A stretch of 64,000 bases of DNA, taken from Catajapyx aquilonaris. Lineage: Eukaryota. The notes under the pieces were generated by a model that was not told the origin of the DNA, did not search any database, and worked only from the letters and a program-made list of their open reading frames with translations. The position numbers and the translations under genes were made by a program. Location of the stretch: the NCBI GenBank assembly GCA_000934665.2, contig KZ538831.1, positions 1-64,000 of the forward strand, written 5' to 3'. Position 1 is the first letter of the stretch, and every line of letters begins with the position of its first letter. Shown in pieces: positions 1 to 11,361 of the stretch.

Positions 1-80
1 CGAACCGAAATAGCTTGCTCTTGTTTTCCATAACTACTTGTTAGCATAATTATACGTAACAGTCATATTTTTGCCATATA

Positions 81-530
81 CAGGGTGTTCCAAGTTCACG
101 GGTGACTTTTCTTATCACTAACTAGCTGCGACACCCAGCGTTGCCCGGGAAGAAATGAATGAAGGGAAAACACCTGCCAGCCAGTATACCCCCGTCAACT
201 GTCTGTCTTTCTGTGTGTCCGCCCACCAAGGTGGAGTAGCAGGACCAGAGATGGCATTATCTGTGGTCCTGCTACTCCAACACCTTGAAGCTCTCCCGCC
301 TGTATAACGGGAACCGTCATTTGCCTGCCATGTGTAGTCAACCCCCAACACCTCCATCCTCTCCCGGCCTGGGGGTGGAGCACAGATGGCAGGCAAATGA
401 CGGTTGGCAGGCGGACAGACAGACAGACTCACAAACGGCTTTATTTATATAGATATTGCCCGAAGTGGGTTTTTTTGTAGCTTGTTGTGCCCCTAATCAG
501 TTGCCCTATTCTATAGCAACAGCTATGATT
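81..530. mobile_element. Left part of a Tc1/mariner-type MITE (CAGGGTGTTCCAA family), interrupted by a Helitron
   Basis: TA|CAGGGTGTTCCAAG at 79-94. After removing 122-453 the sequence continues like 36961-37036 (gcccga..ttgtagcttgtt.tgcccctaa..tatagcaac). No right TIR found. Confidence 0.6.
122..453 (-). mobile_element. Non-autonomous Helitron (Lep1-like), copy 1
   Basis: Minus strand begins TC, carries a (CTGT)n tract near the 5' end, and ends with a subterminal hairpin then CTAG. Inserted between A and T with no TSD. Highly similar to 62564-62869 and 50663-50888. Confidence 0.85.
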
Positions 531-1417
531 TGATGCGTATAAAATCAAAAACATCAATTAGGTACAAACAACTTGTTCAGGAAGGAGTGTCCTGCTTTCA
601 TATAGGGGTAGCAAACTATATATAAAAAAATGAGTTTGAAAATTATTCATCCATGTTCCTCTTTCATTCCCTAGTTCTACGTCAAGCTGCACGAAATAAC
701 GCGGAAAATTGCATTCAAGACGCAGCATACACCACATGGGGCATGCAATTCCAATAAATTTTTGCTGGAAAGGGGGGGGNAATGACTAAACAATAGCTGC
801 TGACTCTGAAAGGCATTCGCTGCACGACTGATAAAACCAGGGTCCAGCAGTTAATCTTTGCGCCCTTTGGGGTGTGGGTAACGTAGATACGGACTTGATG
901 GGGGCAGTAGAACAAGGACGGCTGGGATTGAATGCGGGTCCTTATAGTTGAAGTAAAGCCGTATTTTGAGCAGCAACAGTGTACAGTACCTGGCGGCGAA
1001 TGAAATTGGAGCCCACCCGACTCTAAGGATCCGGGAAGTCAACCCAGTTCATAATTTGTAGCATAACAAGAGGTAGGAAGGAGGGTTACAATAGGAGTTA
1101 GAAAGGGGGGGGGGAGGGGGGAGGTGGAAGGAAACTCAAGTGTTTACTTGGCCAGGACCATCCAAAGCACTTAATCCGTAATTCCAATCCCACGCTTGGC
1201 TACCGAAGTGGAGCTCGCCCGGATTATCAGTCTCAAGGAAGCTTTGGATTATACTTTACGCGCCGCACTTCATCCACTCCGGATGAAATAAGACCTGCCC
1301 TTGCTCTGATGCAGGATCAAACTAATTGTTACTGTCTCTGTAGTATCATCTTGTCGGAAAAGGGATGATGCATATGATGCCTTGAAATGCAGGACAACGA
1401 TTAAGAAATATTGAGCT

Positions 1418-2130
1418 GAATGGGGTCCTAGCCTACATTTTGCAAACACACACTCTTAACCATTTACCTTCTCTAGAGAGGGTAAGAAAGTGGCCATTTT
1501 TTACCCTCTATTTTCTAAGGTAATACATGCAAAATTTACCTTAGAATCAATTTACCCAAGACTATTTACCCTACAATGATGTAAGGTAAAAAATGGCCAC
1601 TTTCTTACCCTTTCTAGAGAAGGTAAATGGTTAAGAGTGCATCATGTAAAAAAAATCGTCATTATTTTTAAATGAATTTTGGTGTTTTTTTCTTTGAAGA
1701 AATAAATATATTAGTTTTCGAGCTATGATCGATCTAAGATCATAATAGTTATACGGTATCGTATTGCCCTCTGACGTCACTGTTGTCAAAAAATTAACAT
1801 GCAGAGGCAGGAATGCACCCGGGTTGCTTTGTTCCTTTGTTGTTTGCCTAACAACGGAATCGAATGACCGCAAGTAAAGCCGAATCGAACGGGACCGCCA
1901 GTAAATAAGCCGAATCGAACGGTCGCGAGGCAACGGCCTGCTGACGTCACTGTTGTCAGAGGCCACGCCCCCGTTTTTCCCGCCAATTTGCGAGTGACTT
2001 TTAAACCCCTTATAATTCATCGAGGAATGACATTTTGGTGCCGAAAAGTGGTGGAATACGTGTTTATATGTATCGTTGAGCTATTCGTGTACATATTACG
2101 CGAATCTCAGGCAAGGCTAGGACCCCATTC
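1418..2130. mobile_element. Non-autonomous TIR element, superfamily unassigned
   Basis: Perfect 17-bp inverted ends GAATGGGGTCCTAGCCT (1418-1434) and AGGCTAGGACCCCATTC (2114-2130). Internal direct repeats CTGACGTCACTGTTGTCA x2 and TAA(A)GCCGAATCGAACGG x2. No clear TSD. Confidence 0.55.
1451..1639. mobile_element. MITE, CACT-ended (EnSpm/CACTA-like), nested in 1418-2130
   Basis: About 54-bp TIRs CACTCTTAACCATTTACCTTCTCTAGA..., CA on both flanks (2-bp TSD), second copy at 49375-49498. Confidence 0.8.
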
Positions 2131-2281
2131 TGATTAAATTTAAATTTATTGTCAAATAATAGTGTGGGCATACAAGTGAAACACATTAAGCAGAAAAACT
2201 AGATTTGAGAAAATCCAGCAGAAAATCCAGGCTTTCTGGCTCATGGACTAAATAGATTTTACCAGACGATTGAGCAGTTAA

Positions 2282-2431
2282 GGCCCATTTAACACAATGA
2301 CGGTCCTAACGAAAGCATAGGAACTGTCAGCAAATCATAATGGTCCCCGCTGCTACTTTCTTGAAGAGTGGAGCATTCTGATTGGCTGACAGTTCCTACT
2401 CTCGTTAGGACCGTCATCGTGTACATGGATC
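2282..2431. mobile_element. Foldback MITE (PIF/Harbinger-like ends)
   Basis: Arms ACAC(A/G)ATGACGGTCCTAACGA..TAGGAACTGTCAGC match in inverted orientation; TTAA on both flanks. Confidence 0.7.
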
Positions 2432-3816
2432 TTAAATAATTCAAAGGTGTCAACATTGGACAGTGGATTTCTCTTGCATATTATAAGATGAAACACATTG
2501 TTTTAATTCAGAATTTCAATTTTTACAATTTTAGCACATACAAAACTAGGTGCTAGGACATGAATTTGCATAATTTAAGCCCAGATTTGAAGGAGTTTTG
2601 TGAACAAGGTGTTACGTCCCTGCTGACTGCACCGTAATAAATTTTTGGAGGCAAGCATGAGTCAGTCATTACTTCGCAGCTGGAGTGTAAAGTAGATTAG
2701 GAAGTAATGCAATTACAAATCTAGTTCCAAGTCATTTGCGAATACCCGTTGAGTGATTATGAACTCATGACTACGCAGTTTGCAATTCAGCTGTCCATAA
2801 CATGCGAGGGAGAAATGATTGGCAGCAGTAACAACCAAAGCAACAGCATAGCTTGGGACGTGAGCTGCACCTGACTGAAAAACCCTCCCCACCCTCCCCT
2901 TAAATAGAATCTCCCTCCCCTCTTTCCTCCCCACCCTTCCTTCTTCCTCGGCCCATTTTTGGAAGTGGCGGAGGAGAATCGGCAATCCAGGCGAAAGAGT
3001 CCAATTTAGCGCAAGATTGCAGAAAATCTCCAAAGATTCGTAAGGATTCTTGGATGAACTTGATGCAATTTGGCAGTGTTTTGCTCCAGAGTTCAGAAAC
3101 GAGATGGACATACGAATAATTGTTCGTGCTGGTTGACCCAACAGATATTGTTTAAGTAATGTCAACCACTGATTTATATTGATTTTGATTTTTTCCAAAA
3201 AATAAAATAAAAATAAAATCGGGTGGACAGAATGGAAGGGTTCGGGGTTGGCAAATCCCCATCCCCCAGAATGGGGCTTTCTCACGGCGTTAGAATTTTA
3301 TGAAGTGGCGGCCCAACAATTCAGGACGTTTGCCAGCACTAATTCCACGCTCGTTTGGCCTCCCAAAAACTACCCCATTGTTTTAGTGCCACCAAATTCC
3401 ACACTTCCTCAGCGACAAATGGCTCGTGCTGATGAAAATATTGAGGCTTTTATTCCTCTTCCCCCCCTTCTCACTTTGCGTGTTTTTATGTATGTAGAAT
3501 TGCTACGTCAAGTGATTGCAATGCAATGCCTCTAGCGTGCTGCTGCGGTCTCCCAAATCTATTCACAAACTACAAAGCCCCTCTGGCATACCATTTCAGC
3601 CGTTAAAAATAACGGGCCAGTACTTTTTTCCCCACTGTTTCCAGACAATGTAAACTATTCTTGACAATGCTCATTGGTATGTACGGCATGGAAGCTACTA
3701 ACATTTGAACATGATTGTAAGTTGGCCCATGGTATCACAAAACGTCGGTTCCGCATATGGCCACGATTCCACAGGTTTTACTATATTGTTGTAAAATCAT
3801 CAAAAATTGATGTAAC

Positions 3817-4102
3817 ATAATTCATACCCCGTTATCAGCCGGCGGCTCTTTAGGGGGGAGTTCATCCCAATTTGTTTTGACTGGAACTCTTTGCTTTCAT
3901 TTTACTTTGCTTTTTGGGATAGGATAGGAATGGAAGGAAGCGGCTGTGGCCTATTATTTAGGAAGCAATCCCGGAATTATCCTTGGGGGACCGTGGGAAA
4001 CCACAGAAAACCACGGTTAGGATTGCCGGCCCGGGGACTCGAACCCAGGACCTCCCGATTAGCAGTCGAACACCTTATCCACTCCACCAAACTGCTTCGG
4101 TG
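3817..4102 (-). mobile_element. tRNA-derived SINE with Nin/Deu-like central domain, tail type A
   Basis: Minus strand: A box TGGTGGAGTGG, B box GGTTCGAGTCC, core GTGGTTTCCC..CCGGGATT..GGCCACAGCCGCTTCCTTCC. TSD AAATTG(A/C)TGTAAC at 3804-3816 and 4103-4115. Full-length match to 45132-45420. Confidence 0.88.
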
Positions 4103-4690
4103 AAATTGCTGTAACGAGAAAGTGCTGTCAGAAATTGCTATAAGAAAATGCTGCAAGAAATACCTGTTAAATTGCTATAAGAAGTTACTGTATGAAATAA
4201 CTGTTACATTGCTATTAGAAGTTACTGTATGAAATAACTGTTACATTGCTATTAGAAGTTACTGTATGAAATAACTGTTACATTGCTATTAGAAGTTACT
4301 GTATGAAATAACTGTTACATTGCTATATGAAATAACTGTTAAATTTCTATAAGAAATAACTTAAAATTACTGTAAGAAAATGCTATATGAAATTTCTGTA
4401 AGAAATAACTGTTAAAATTACTGTAAGAAATAAATGCTAAAATTACTGTAAGAAATAACTTAAAATTACTGTAAGAAAATGTGTGAAATTGCTGTAAGAT
4501 AATGCTGTATGAAAATGCTGTAAGAAAATGCTGTAAGAAATTGCTGTAAGAAATAACTTAAAAGTAGCCTACTGTAAGAAATAACTGTTAAAAGTACTGT
4601 AAGAAATAACTGTTAAAAGTACCGGTACTGTAAGAAAATGCTGCATAAAATTGCTATTAGAAATAACTTAAAAATGGTAAAAATTGTTGT
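4103..4690. repeat. AT-rich minisatellite (~12-15 bp unit, AATTGCTGTAAGA-like) with a 37-bp higher-order block
   Basis: Degenerate short units throughout; GAAGTTACTGTATGAAATAACTGTTACATTGCTATTA starts at 4181, 4218, 4255 and 4292. Confidence 0.9.
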
Positions 4691-7600
4691 AGAAAAATCC
4701 ATCAGACAGATGTATCTACATGAAGTGTTGGGCATAATAGTCTGAATTGGGCCCATTACGTCTGCATGTCGGAGAAAGTGTCGCGACAACGTGATACACG
4801 TGCCCTGTTGGAACGGTTAGCATTTGATCCGAAGGAAGTAGGGTTGGGGACCAGGCTGCCTCCATGAATCCTAATCAAGTAAGGCGGAAAAGGCCCCCGT
4901 CTGGATTTCCATCATTTGAGTCTGGAAGTCGGAGAGGGCCCCTACAGCACTCGGAATGCACAAGACTCCAAGTGGGATCTCCCACATTAAACTTTCATCC
5001 TTCAATTCTTGGCGGGCCCTCCTCTTGTCCGATCCGCAAATAAAATGAAAACGGCACTGATTTATGACCTCATTCCGATCTCTTCAATTATTTGCCTCTC
5101 TCTTGCGTTTGATCATCCATCCATTTCACGAGCACTAAGCCGGTTAATGACACATGACTGCCTCATTTCAGCGTGTGTTTGTGTATGCGTTAGTTGTCAT
5201 ATATGTATAGACATACGTACCCGGTGCTGCCAAGGGTATATGGCTGAAGTGGACTGTTACGCATTGCCGCCTGGGTTGTCATACTGGGACATCAGAGAGC
5301 GGAGCCGGGGTGTAATGGAAATTCATTCAAAAGGTTTAGCGTCACTCAAATGTGAGGGGTCATGTCAACAAGGGGGGTATCAATTAAATGGCTTATTTTC
5401 AACAACGACCAAATCATTTTTTTTATCACTTAACTTGTAACCGCGAAGGGCCACGTGGTATTGCTAGTAGATTGATTGATTTACAGGATTTGCATCTCAC
5501 GCCAAACACGCTGATTGTTGGGTCATTAATTTTAGAATCGTATCGAATTATTACGTCAATCTTATCCTATAGACTACGCTACCATTATAGTATGTCGATA
5601 AAACCACAATATGGAGTGGCCAATGTATCGGTCATGCGACAGCCACATCAATACTGATGTCTATATGCCGCAAGATTTAAAGCAAACGAGAACTGTCTAT
5701 TTTAGAAACAAAATAATGGCCCATAGAGTGTCAACATTGTCACACGCCTGGAGCAACAACCGGTCAATATCGTCGAGCTGCTGAGTAATTACATATAGAG
5801 ACCTGAGCAGCAACATATTAAAGGGGCAACTACACCATCTCTAGTCGAGATCTACCAGTTAAGGCACAGTAGGGTCGATATAATGGAATGAAGTTGTTGG
5901 CCGCGCTTGGCTTGTACAGTACCTATATTGGTTGATGGAATTCTGTGAGGTTGGTGCACAGAGAGATCACCAGCAGTCTATCCGAGTGACTTCCCACAGT
6001 TTCCTTTGAGGACAAGTAGCAATTTGCGAGCAGAAAGTCCGCAATCCCCAGGCCCCTTTGAGGAGTCAACTGCAGAGTAGTGATCAAGCTGTTCCCAAGC
6101 TCGCTGCGTTTAGTCTGGTATCGTTTGTGTAGAAAAGCCTCGGTCCTCTGTTCCTTTTTTTTCATTCTTTTTTTTTCTTTTAGCTCTCTAGCAACCCCAT
6201 GGGTCCTCGACACAGTAGAATCCAGTTAGTAGTGCTGAGGTCTTTTCGAATTTCCATGCGGATTGTGGACCTTATCACGTCTTCTTGCAGTGTTAATTCG
6301 GATGGCACGTGACCCCTTGCTGGCCACTAACGAAGCCTCCCATGCAGAGGTATAGAAGTGGTGGAGGAAGACTGCCCCTGCGTTTGCTTCTGCTGCGTTT
6401 GGCCCTGCTTGGCTTGCTTGCTTGCTTGTAATTTAGGCCTCCTGCCGCCTCCCATCCCGGCTCGTTAGCACCGCCTGGCCACCCTGGGCGTCTAATTACC
6501 CAAGTCCCCGACTTACTATTGTCCGGGACATCCATTACGGGGCCGGCCAATGCCCCACGTGCTTTGCATCGGATAACAGAACACTGAAAACTAACACGGT
6601 TCCCTACCCGCGCTTTAAGTCCATTTATTTCCTCCGCTGTTATTGTTCGATGGCCTGCACTCAATTTGAAGAAGACCAAGAAGAGGGCGGAAGAAGAAGA
6701 AGAAAAAAGAAGAAGTTAAAAGCAGTGGTGAATAATAGTAGCTATGTGTCTGGTAAGAATTTTGTGGCGATGTGCAACTCCCCTGTCATTGCGGGTCACA
6801 AATCTCCATTTCTAATGCAAATACGTGGAATAATTGGCCTGTGGGGAAGAGTGTACGGTGGCGCCCAAGCGGAGGGGGAAAAAGGTAAATAAATTGGAGG
6901 CCGTGTGTTTGACAGGCGTGTAAGTATATGCAGGGGACAAGGCCAGGAAAGGCCCACAAATCTCGGCTGCTGCTGCCGACAGAGGAAGCGGCTGGAGGGA
7001 GGAGGAGAGGGAAGAGAGGGAAGAGAGGGAGGGATGTTGGAATAAAACCCGCAGTGTTGGGGAGTCTTGCTTTTAAAGCCCGCAGAGTTCCACAACATGA
7101 ATGGTGGGAATTTTCATGGCCGCCAGACGAAGATTTGTGACTTGTTCATGTCCGGAATGGATTGCAGGAGCCTTTTGACCATGGTGGAAAGAGCGCCAGT
7201 AGAGGGATCCACCAGGATTCTTATGCTTTCTGCGTGTGTGTGTTTTTTTTGTACCGTCGCGTCGCCTCAATCCCTGCGGGGACTATGAATCATTTATTAT
7301 TAATTAGAACACTAGCACGAATCTGTCACTTGATTGCTGGATGTCTCATACTTGTCATTCGGGTACAAGTGACACTCGGAAATTGTGGGTCAGCATGCAT
7401 TGCTTGTCAAGTGTGAAGTGAGCGGACATTGGAGCAGGAAAGCGTAATTTGATTGAATATGTGGGGCACGTATCTGTAGTGGATGAAGGCAATCCGTCTG
7501 TCGATCCATTCATCTATTGGACAGCTATACTGCAGTTACTTGTTTTCGTGGAAACCCTACCTTGCTTGCATTATTAACCTGCACTAGGAAGGAAAAGTGG

Positions 7601-8174
7601 TGGCGTTCGACTGGAAAAGAAAATGGGTCGACTCTATTTGTTTTCCAAAAGGTTGCCTCCTCCTTTCCTCCATTTTCCCTTCATTCCTTTTCCGTCATTC
7701 TTCGCCACGGGGACTGCAGCAGCAAGACTTGTGAATTATTCAAACGATTCTCGGTTTCACGGAGGGTTGGGTGGGGTTTGGGTCGGGGAGGAAAGGCTTT
7801 TCCGATTGCCGGCCAAGTTAACAACGAAGTCTCCCACGCCGAATCGATAGATTTGATTTGAGGAAACGTCTGACAGGTGTGTGCCGCCCCGAGCACAAGA
7901 CAGCAAGATGGACGGACAGCCAGGCAAGTTGGACAGACTTGAGAAGACTGACATACTGCCCAGGGAAATGCAGGGGCCACATAACATGGACGTCTGCTCA
8001 GCCCGGAGGGAATTCCAGCACGCCACAGTCACACGCCATATAGGGTCTCAGACAACTTCCTGCAGGCGAGCAGAGAAAGCGAGGGAATCAGCCACTAGGC
8101 CATTATTTTCATCGCGTTACTATCGACGCCCCAGTCCTGCATCGATTCGCCACCAATCCGGATTACTGGCTTAC

Positions 8175-8285
8175 CTTCACGCCTCACACCCCACCGCTAC
8201 CACTCCCTGCTAACCACCTTCAACTACCAGGGACATTTTCCTTATGCTGCTGGGACTGCAAATCCCATGGATGCCAGGGTTCTGC
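8175..8285 (-). other. Putative non-coding (UTR or lncRNA) exon, 111 nt
   Basis: On the minus strand (CT)n-TTGGATCAG| acceptor and GAAG|GTAAGC donor. Next acceptor CTGAT-TCCCTCGCTTTCTCTGCTCGCCTGCAG|G at 8060/8059 gives a 115-nt intron. Stops in all three frames. Confidence 0.35.
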
Positions 8286-8288
8286 CTG

Positions 8289-8293
<5 letters not shown>

Positions 8294-8344
<51 letters not shown>
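8294..8344. repeat. (AG)n microsatellite
   Basis: About 25 uninterrupted AG units. Confidence 0.97.
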
Positions 8345-8348
<4 letters not shown>

Positions 8349-8929
8349 GGGTTTCACCTTAGAAGTGCTTGTCTTGTAGGGAGTCAATACGTCAGCATCT
8401 CGGTGCGATGTGCAACATTTCAGGGTTTTTGGTTGAGTACGGAAAGAATGTTCTGCGTTGTTTGTGGAACTAGGATATTCGCTAGGTATAACCTGGAAAA
8501 CCTGGAAAAAGAAATGCGATATTTGTTCAAATTTTGCAAGTAGTGTGCTGTAAAAGTTTTGTGCAGAAAACAGAGTGATCTCATCTTCATACGCCCACGC
8601 CCCCAACGTTTCTCTACCGTTCAGTCATCCTCAACCAACTTGTTACTTAACCGGGAGACAACAGTAGAAATGGTACTTATATTGACTCTATAGCAACATC
8701 TAAACTACCTGAAAACATATCTCAGGTCTATATGAACTTGGTTGGAACATACAAATGATACTCCACGAGATGACAGAACTAACCCAGCGCATTGTCGCTT
8801 GTTGAATTCATCCATCTACAATGTAACACTTACATCATATCAAGAGGCGACTGCACAAAACAGTTGGTGCTGAAAGTTGAAATTTGAATGTAAGTGAGCC
8901 TAGTGTCTCTTGTCATTGTGTGTCGAGCC

Positions 8930-9290
8930 TGGGGATGTGGTCCAAGATGGCTGCTGATAGCACGCCCAGTAAGCAAATTGAATCATTCGGGGGGCAGCTG
9001 AGGCTTGGCAATTGCAGAGACGAGGTAGTGGTGTTTGGGGCAGGAAAGGGTGGATGGAAGGGGTGGCATGGGAGGGGAGGGAGAAGCGGCGGTAGCACCT
9101 ATCTCCAATATTGGCACTTGTGCAGTTAGGCAGCTGTTAAGTGAGGTCCCTCTGGCTGGCTGGCTGGCCGATTGGACACTCAGCCAGAGCCATCCGCAAG
9201 GCTCTTCTGGCCCATTGCGCCTTCCTGCTCTCCCCATTCCCCTTAGCCCTCTCTCCCCCGCCTGCTGCCTCTATCCCCCATGGCTGGAAG
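8930..9290. promoter_or_regulatory. Candidate promoter or enhancer
   Basis: GC-rich unique segment with YY1-like CAAGATGGC (8943), G-run cluster (~9048-9082), CCAATATTGG (CArG/CCAAT, 9105-9114), E-boxes CAGCTG (8995, 9131) and ATTGG (9171). Motif evidence only. Confidence 0.3.
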
Positions 9291-11361
9291 AGCTGTCCCA
9301 AACAAAAGGGAAAGTAAGGCTTGGAGGGTGGTTGCTCCGGAGATTCCCTTGTGTTGAAGCCAGCGAAGCGGAGGCAGCTTCCAACCCAACTCCCCTCCCT
9401 CCATCCCTTCCATCCTCTCCTCCCACCCCCTTTTGCCTTTGTAATGAGGTTTGGACTGTGCTGGCCATTTGCCTATGCCTACTCATGCGCTTAATTGTAA
9501 CTAAATGCTTCGCCTCCTAAGAGGCCCGCACGCAATTACTTTATCAGTATATATACGCACTCTACTGTGCCCGAGTACGTGCCTGCCTGAACCTGGCTCA
9601 CTTGGGACGCCAGCTACCCAACTTCCTCAGCAGGATTCGATACAACCGTTTCTTTCTCTTATATACAGCACGAGGGAAACTCTAACGCCGCCTTTGCTCC
9701 TCATTGTTATCTTGGGTACCTACTCCTCTGTGGGGAGAGTATAAACTGTGTTCAACAAAGAGGCTGCTTCTGGTCCACCTAACAAAGTCAGGGGAGCTGC
9801 CGATTCTTTGGGCTGCTCATATTGTGCGATGAAACTTTGAATATTATGAGAGGATTGTGCAATACAAAGTTCCGTTTACGTAACATTCCCTGCTGCTACC
9901 GTTAATGCAAACCTATAAAGGCAAACATTTGCCTTGCCTAAAATCTGTTTGTTGCTCACTTAAGGAAGTGTAACTCTGAAGCGAAGTGATGAAATGTATA
10001 ATATATTCGCGATTATTTATTTACTCTACAGGAGATGTTTAGTAAGCAACTACATGACTGTCCTCGTTTAAACACACTTCTAAAACTCAGAATGCAAAAT
10101 ATGTAGGTATGGCGTTCAATAATATTGAAGAGGACATCATGGATTTATCAAAACAGAAATTTAAACACACGGATATTGTTGCTGGGGTAAAATGTCGTTA
10201 TTTTATGGCACATCAAATGTATACAGTACAGTATCACTTTGCAAAATGTCAACAGCTAATAGGCCTATTATTACCATATAACTTGTATCCTCATGTGACA
10301 GTCCTGAGCTACCTCATTAGTTTAAATCCACTTCATATCCCAAACCAAACGATACAACTCATTAGGGAGATAATGCCCAATGTATCGAAGTTTTCATTTA
10401 TTCACGCACATAATAACATTATTGAAGTAGCCTTGCTTGTATCAGGTACATGACATGACAACTCCGTGTCTTCGCAAAGGTCTTACCGATCTGGTTAAGG
10501 ATTATGGGATGGGATTAAGATAAGAAGGTGAGACAGGACTTCCACAAGATGGGTTGGTTAAAGTGGTACGAGTGTTTGCTTTAAATGCTATATGGCAATA
10601 GAAGCTGTGCAGTCAAATTAAATGAGAGTGCGCATATGGTTGAATATTATTATCTCAATTTAACGCGACAATTATGTTGTTGCACGATTCAGCTGCATAT
10701 ACAGTTCTACGCAAGTATTTGGTCTATAGACCACATAAAGTGAAGTACTAACAGCTATCTGATTTATAGTACGCACATTTTTAATACAAGTAGTGGATTG
10801 TACTGTTTCAGAAATTATTTAGCCGAAAATACCTTATTGATTTTCCCTCATATTATGCGCCAAGACTTGTGTAGAACCTTAGACTATAGCAAATGCTTTG
10901 CACAACGGCAATTCCTACCCAATCCGAGAGAGTTGGGCCAAGTCGCGTTATTGCCAGCACTGACAAACTCAAACCTTGTTTAAAATTGTATGGGCTATTC
11001 TTTCCTATAGCTACAAACGGCGGGGAGCCGTAACGTGAGTGGAGACACGTTCGATTTCTTACTGAAGGATAAGAGCCCCATGAAATTTTAACGCATCGTG
11101 GCCTCGGTTTCATTCATTACAATCGGGCGTGCTTCTCTTTCCGGGTTCGGATTCTAATTAATTGAACACGAATTCACGTAGAATCCCCTTTCCTCACCTC
11201 AAGCTCTCTCTCTAATATTTTTTTCCTTCACCAAACAACACCATTTTCGTAAGATCATTGATTCGAGTGCGGTACTGTACTATAAAAGCTCCCCATTTCT
11301 CATTCCTGAGGGAAATCTTGCGCTTCATGCAACACCTCCACTAATGTATATATGGTAAATA

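Noticed and set aside
118..432. Similar ORFs at 118-432, 50685-50921 and 62564-62848 suggesting a gene family
   Set aside because: They are translations of one non-autonomous Helitron with frame-breaking indels between copies.
2029..2050. ACA-TTT-TGGTGCCGAAA resembling an LTR end and primer-binding site
   Set aside because: Match is short, no second LTR or internal domain, and it lies inside a TIR-bounded element.
4025..4101. tRNA genes at SINE heads (also 18800, 27500, 44612, 45132, 45820, 61992)
   Set aside because: A and B boxes are present but continue into SINE bodies, mostly with TSDs; no convincing cloverleaf.
4181..4328. 37-bp repeats as a CRISPR array
   Set aside because: Head-to-tail with no unique spacers, no cas genes, eukaryotic context. 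The same applies to the 17-bp and 21-bp arrays.
5923..6300. Possible further minus-strand exon ending TAG|GTACTG
   Set aside because: Weak donor, no defined acceptor, unrecognisable ORF.
8041..8052. Partial match to miR-125 (CTGAGACCCTA on the minus strand)
   Set aside because: Only 11 nt, seed incomplete, no hairpin. No conserved miRNA that I recall was found in the window.
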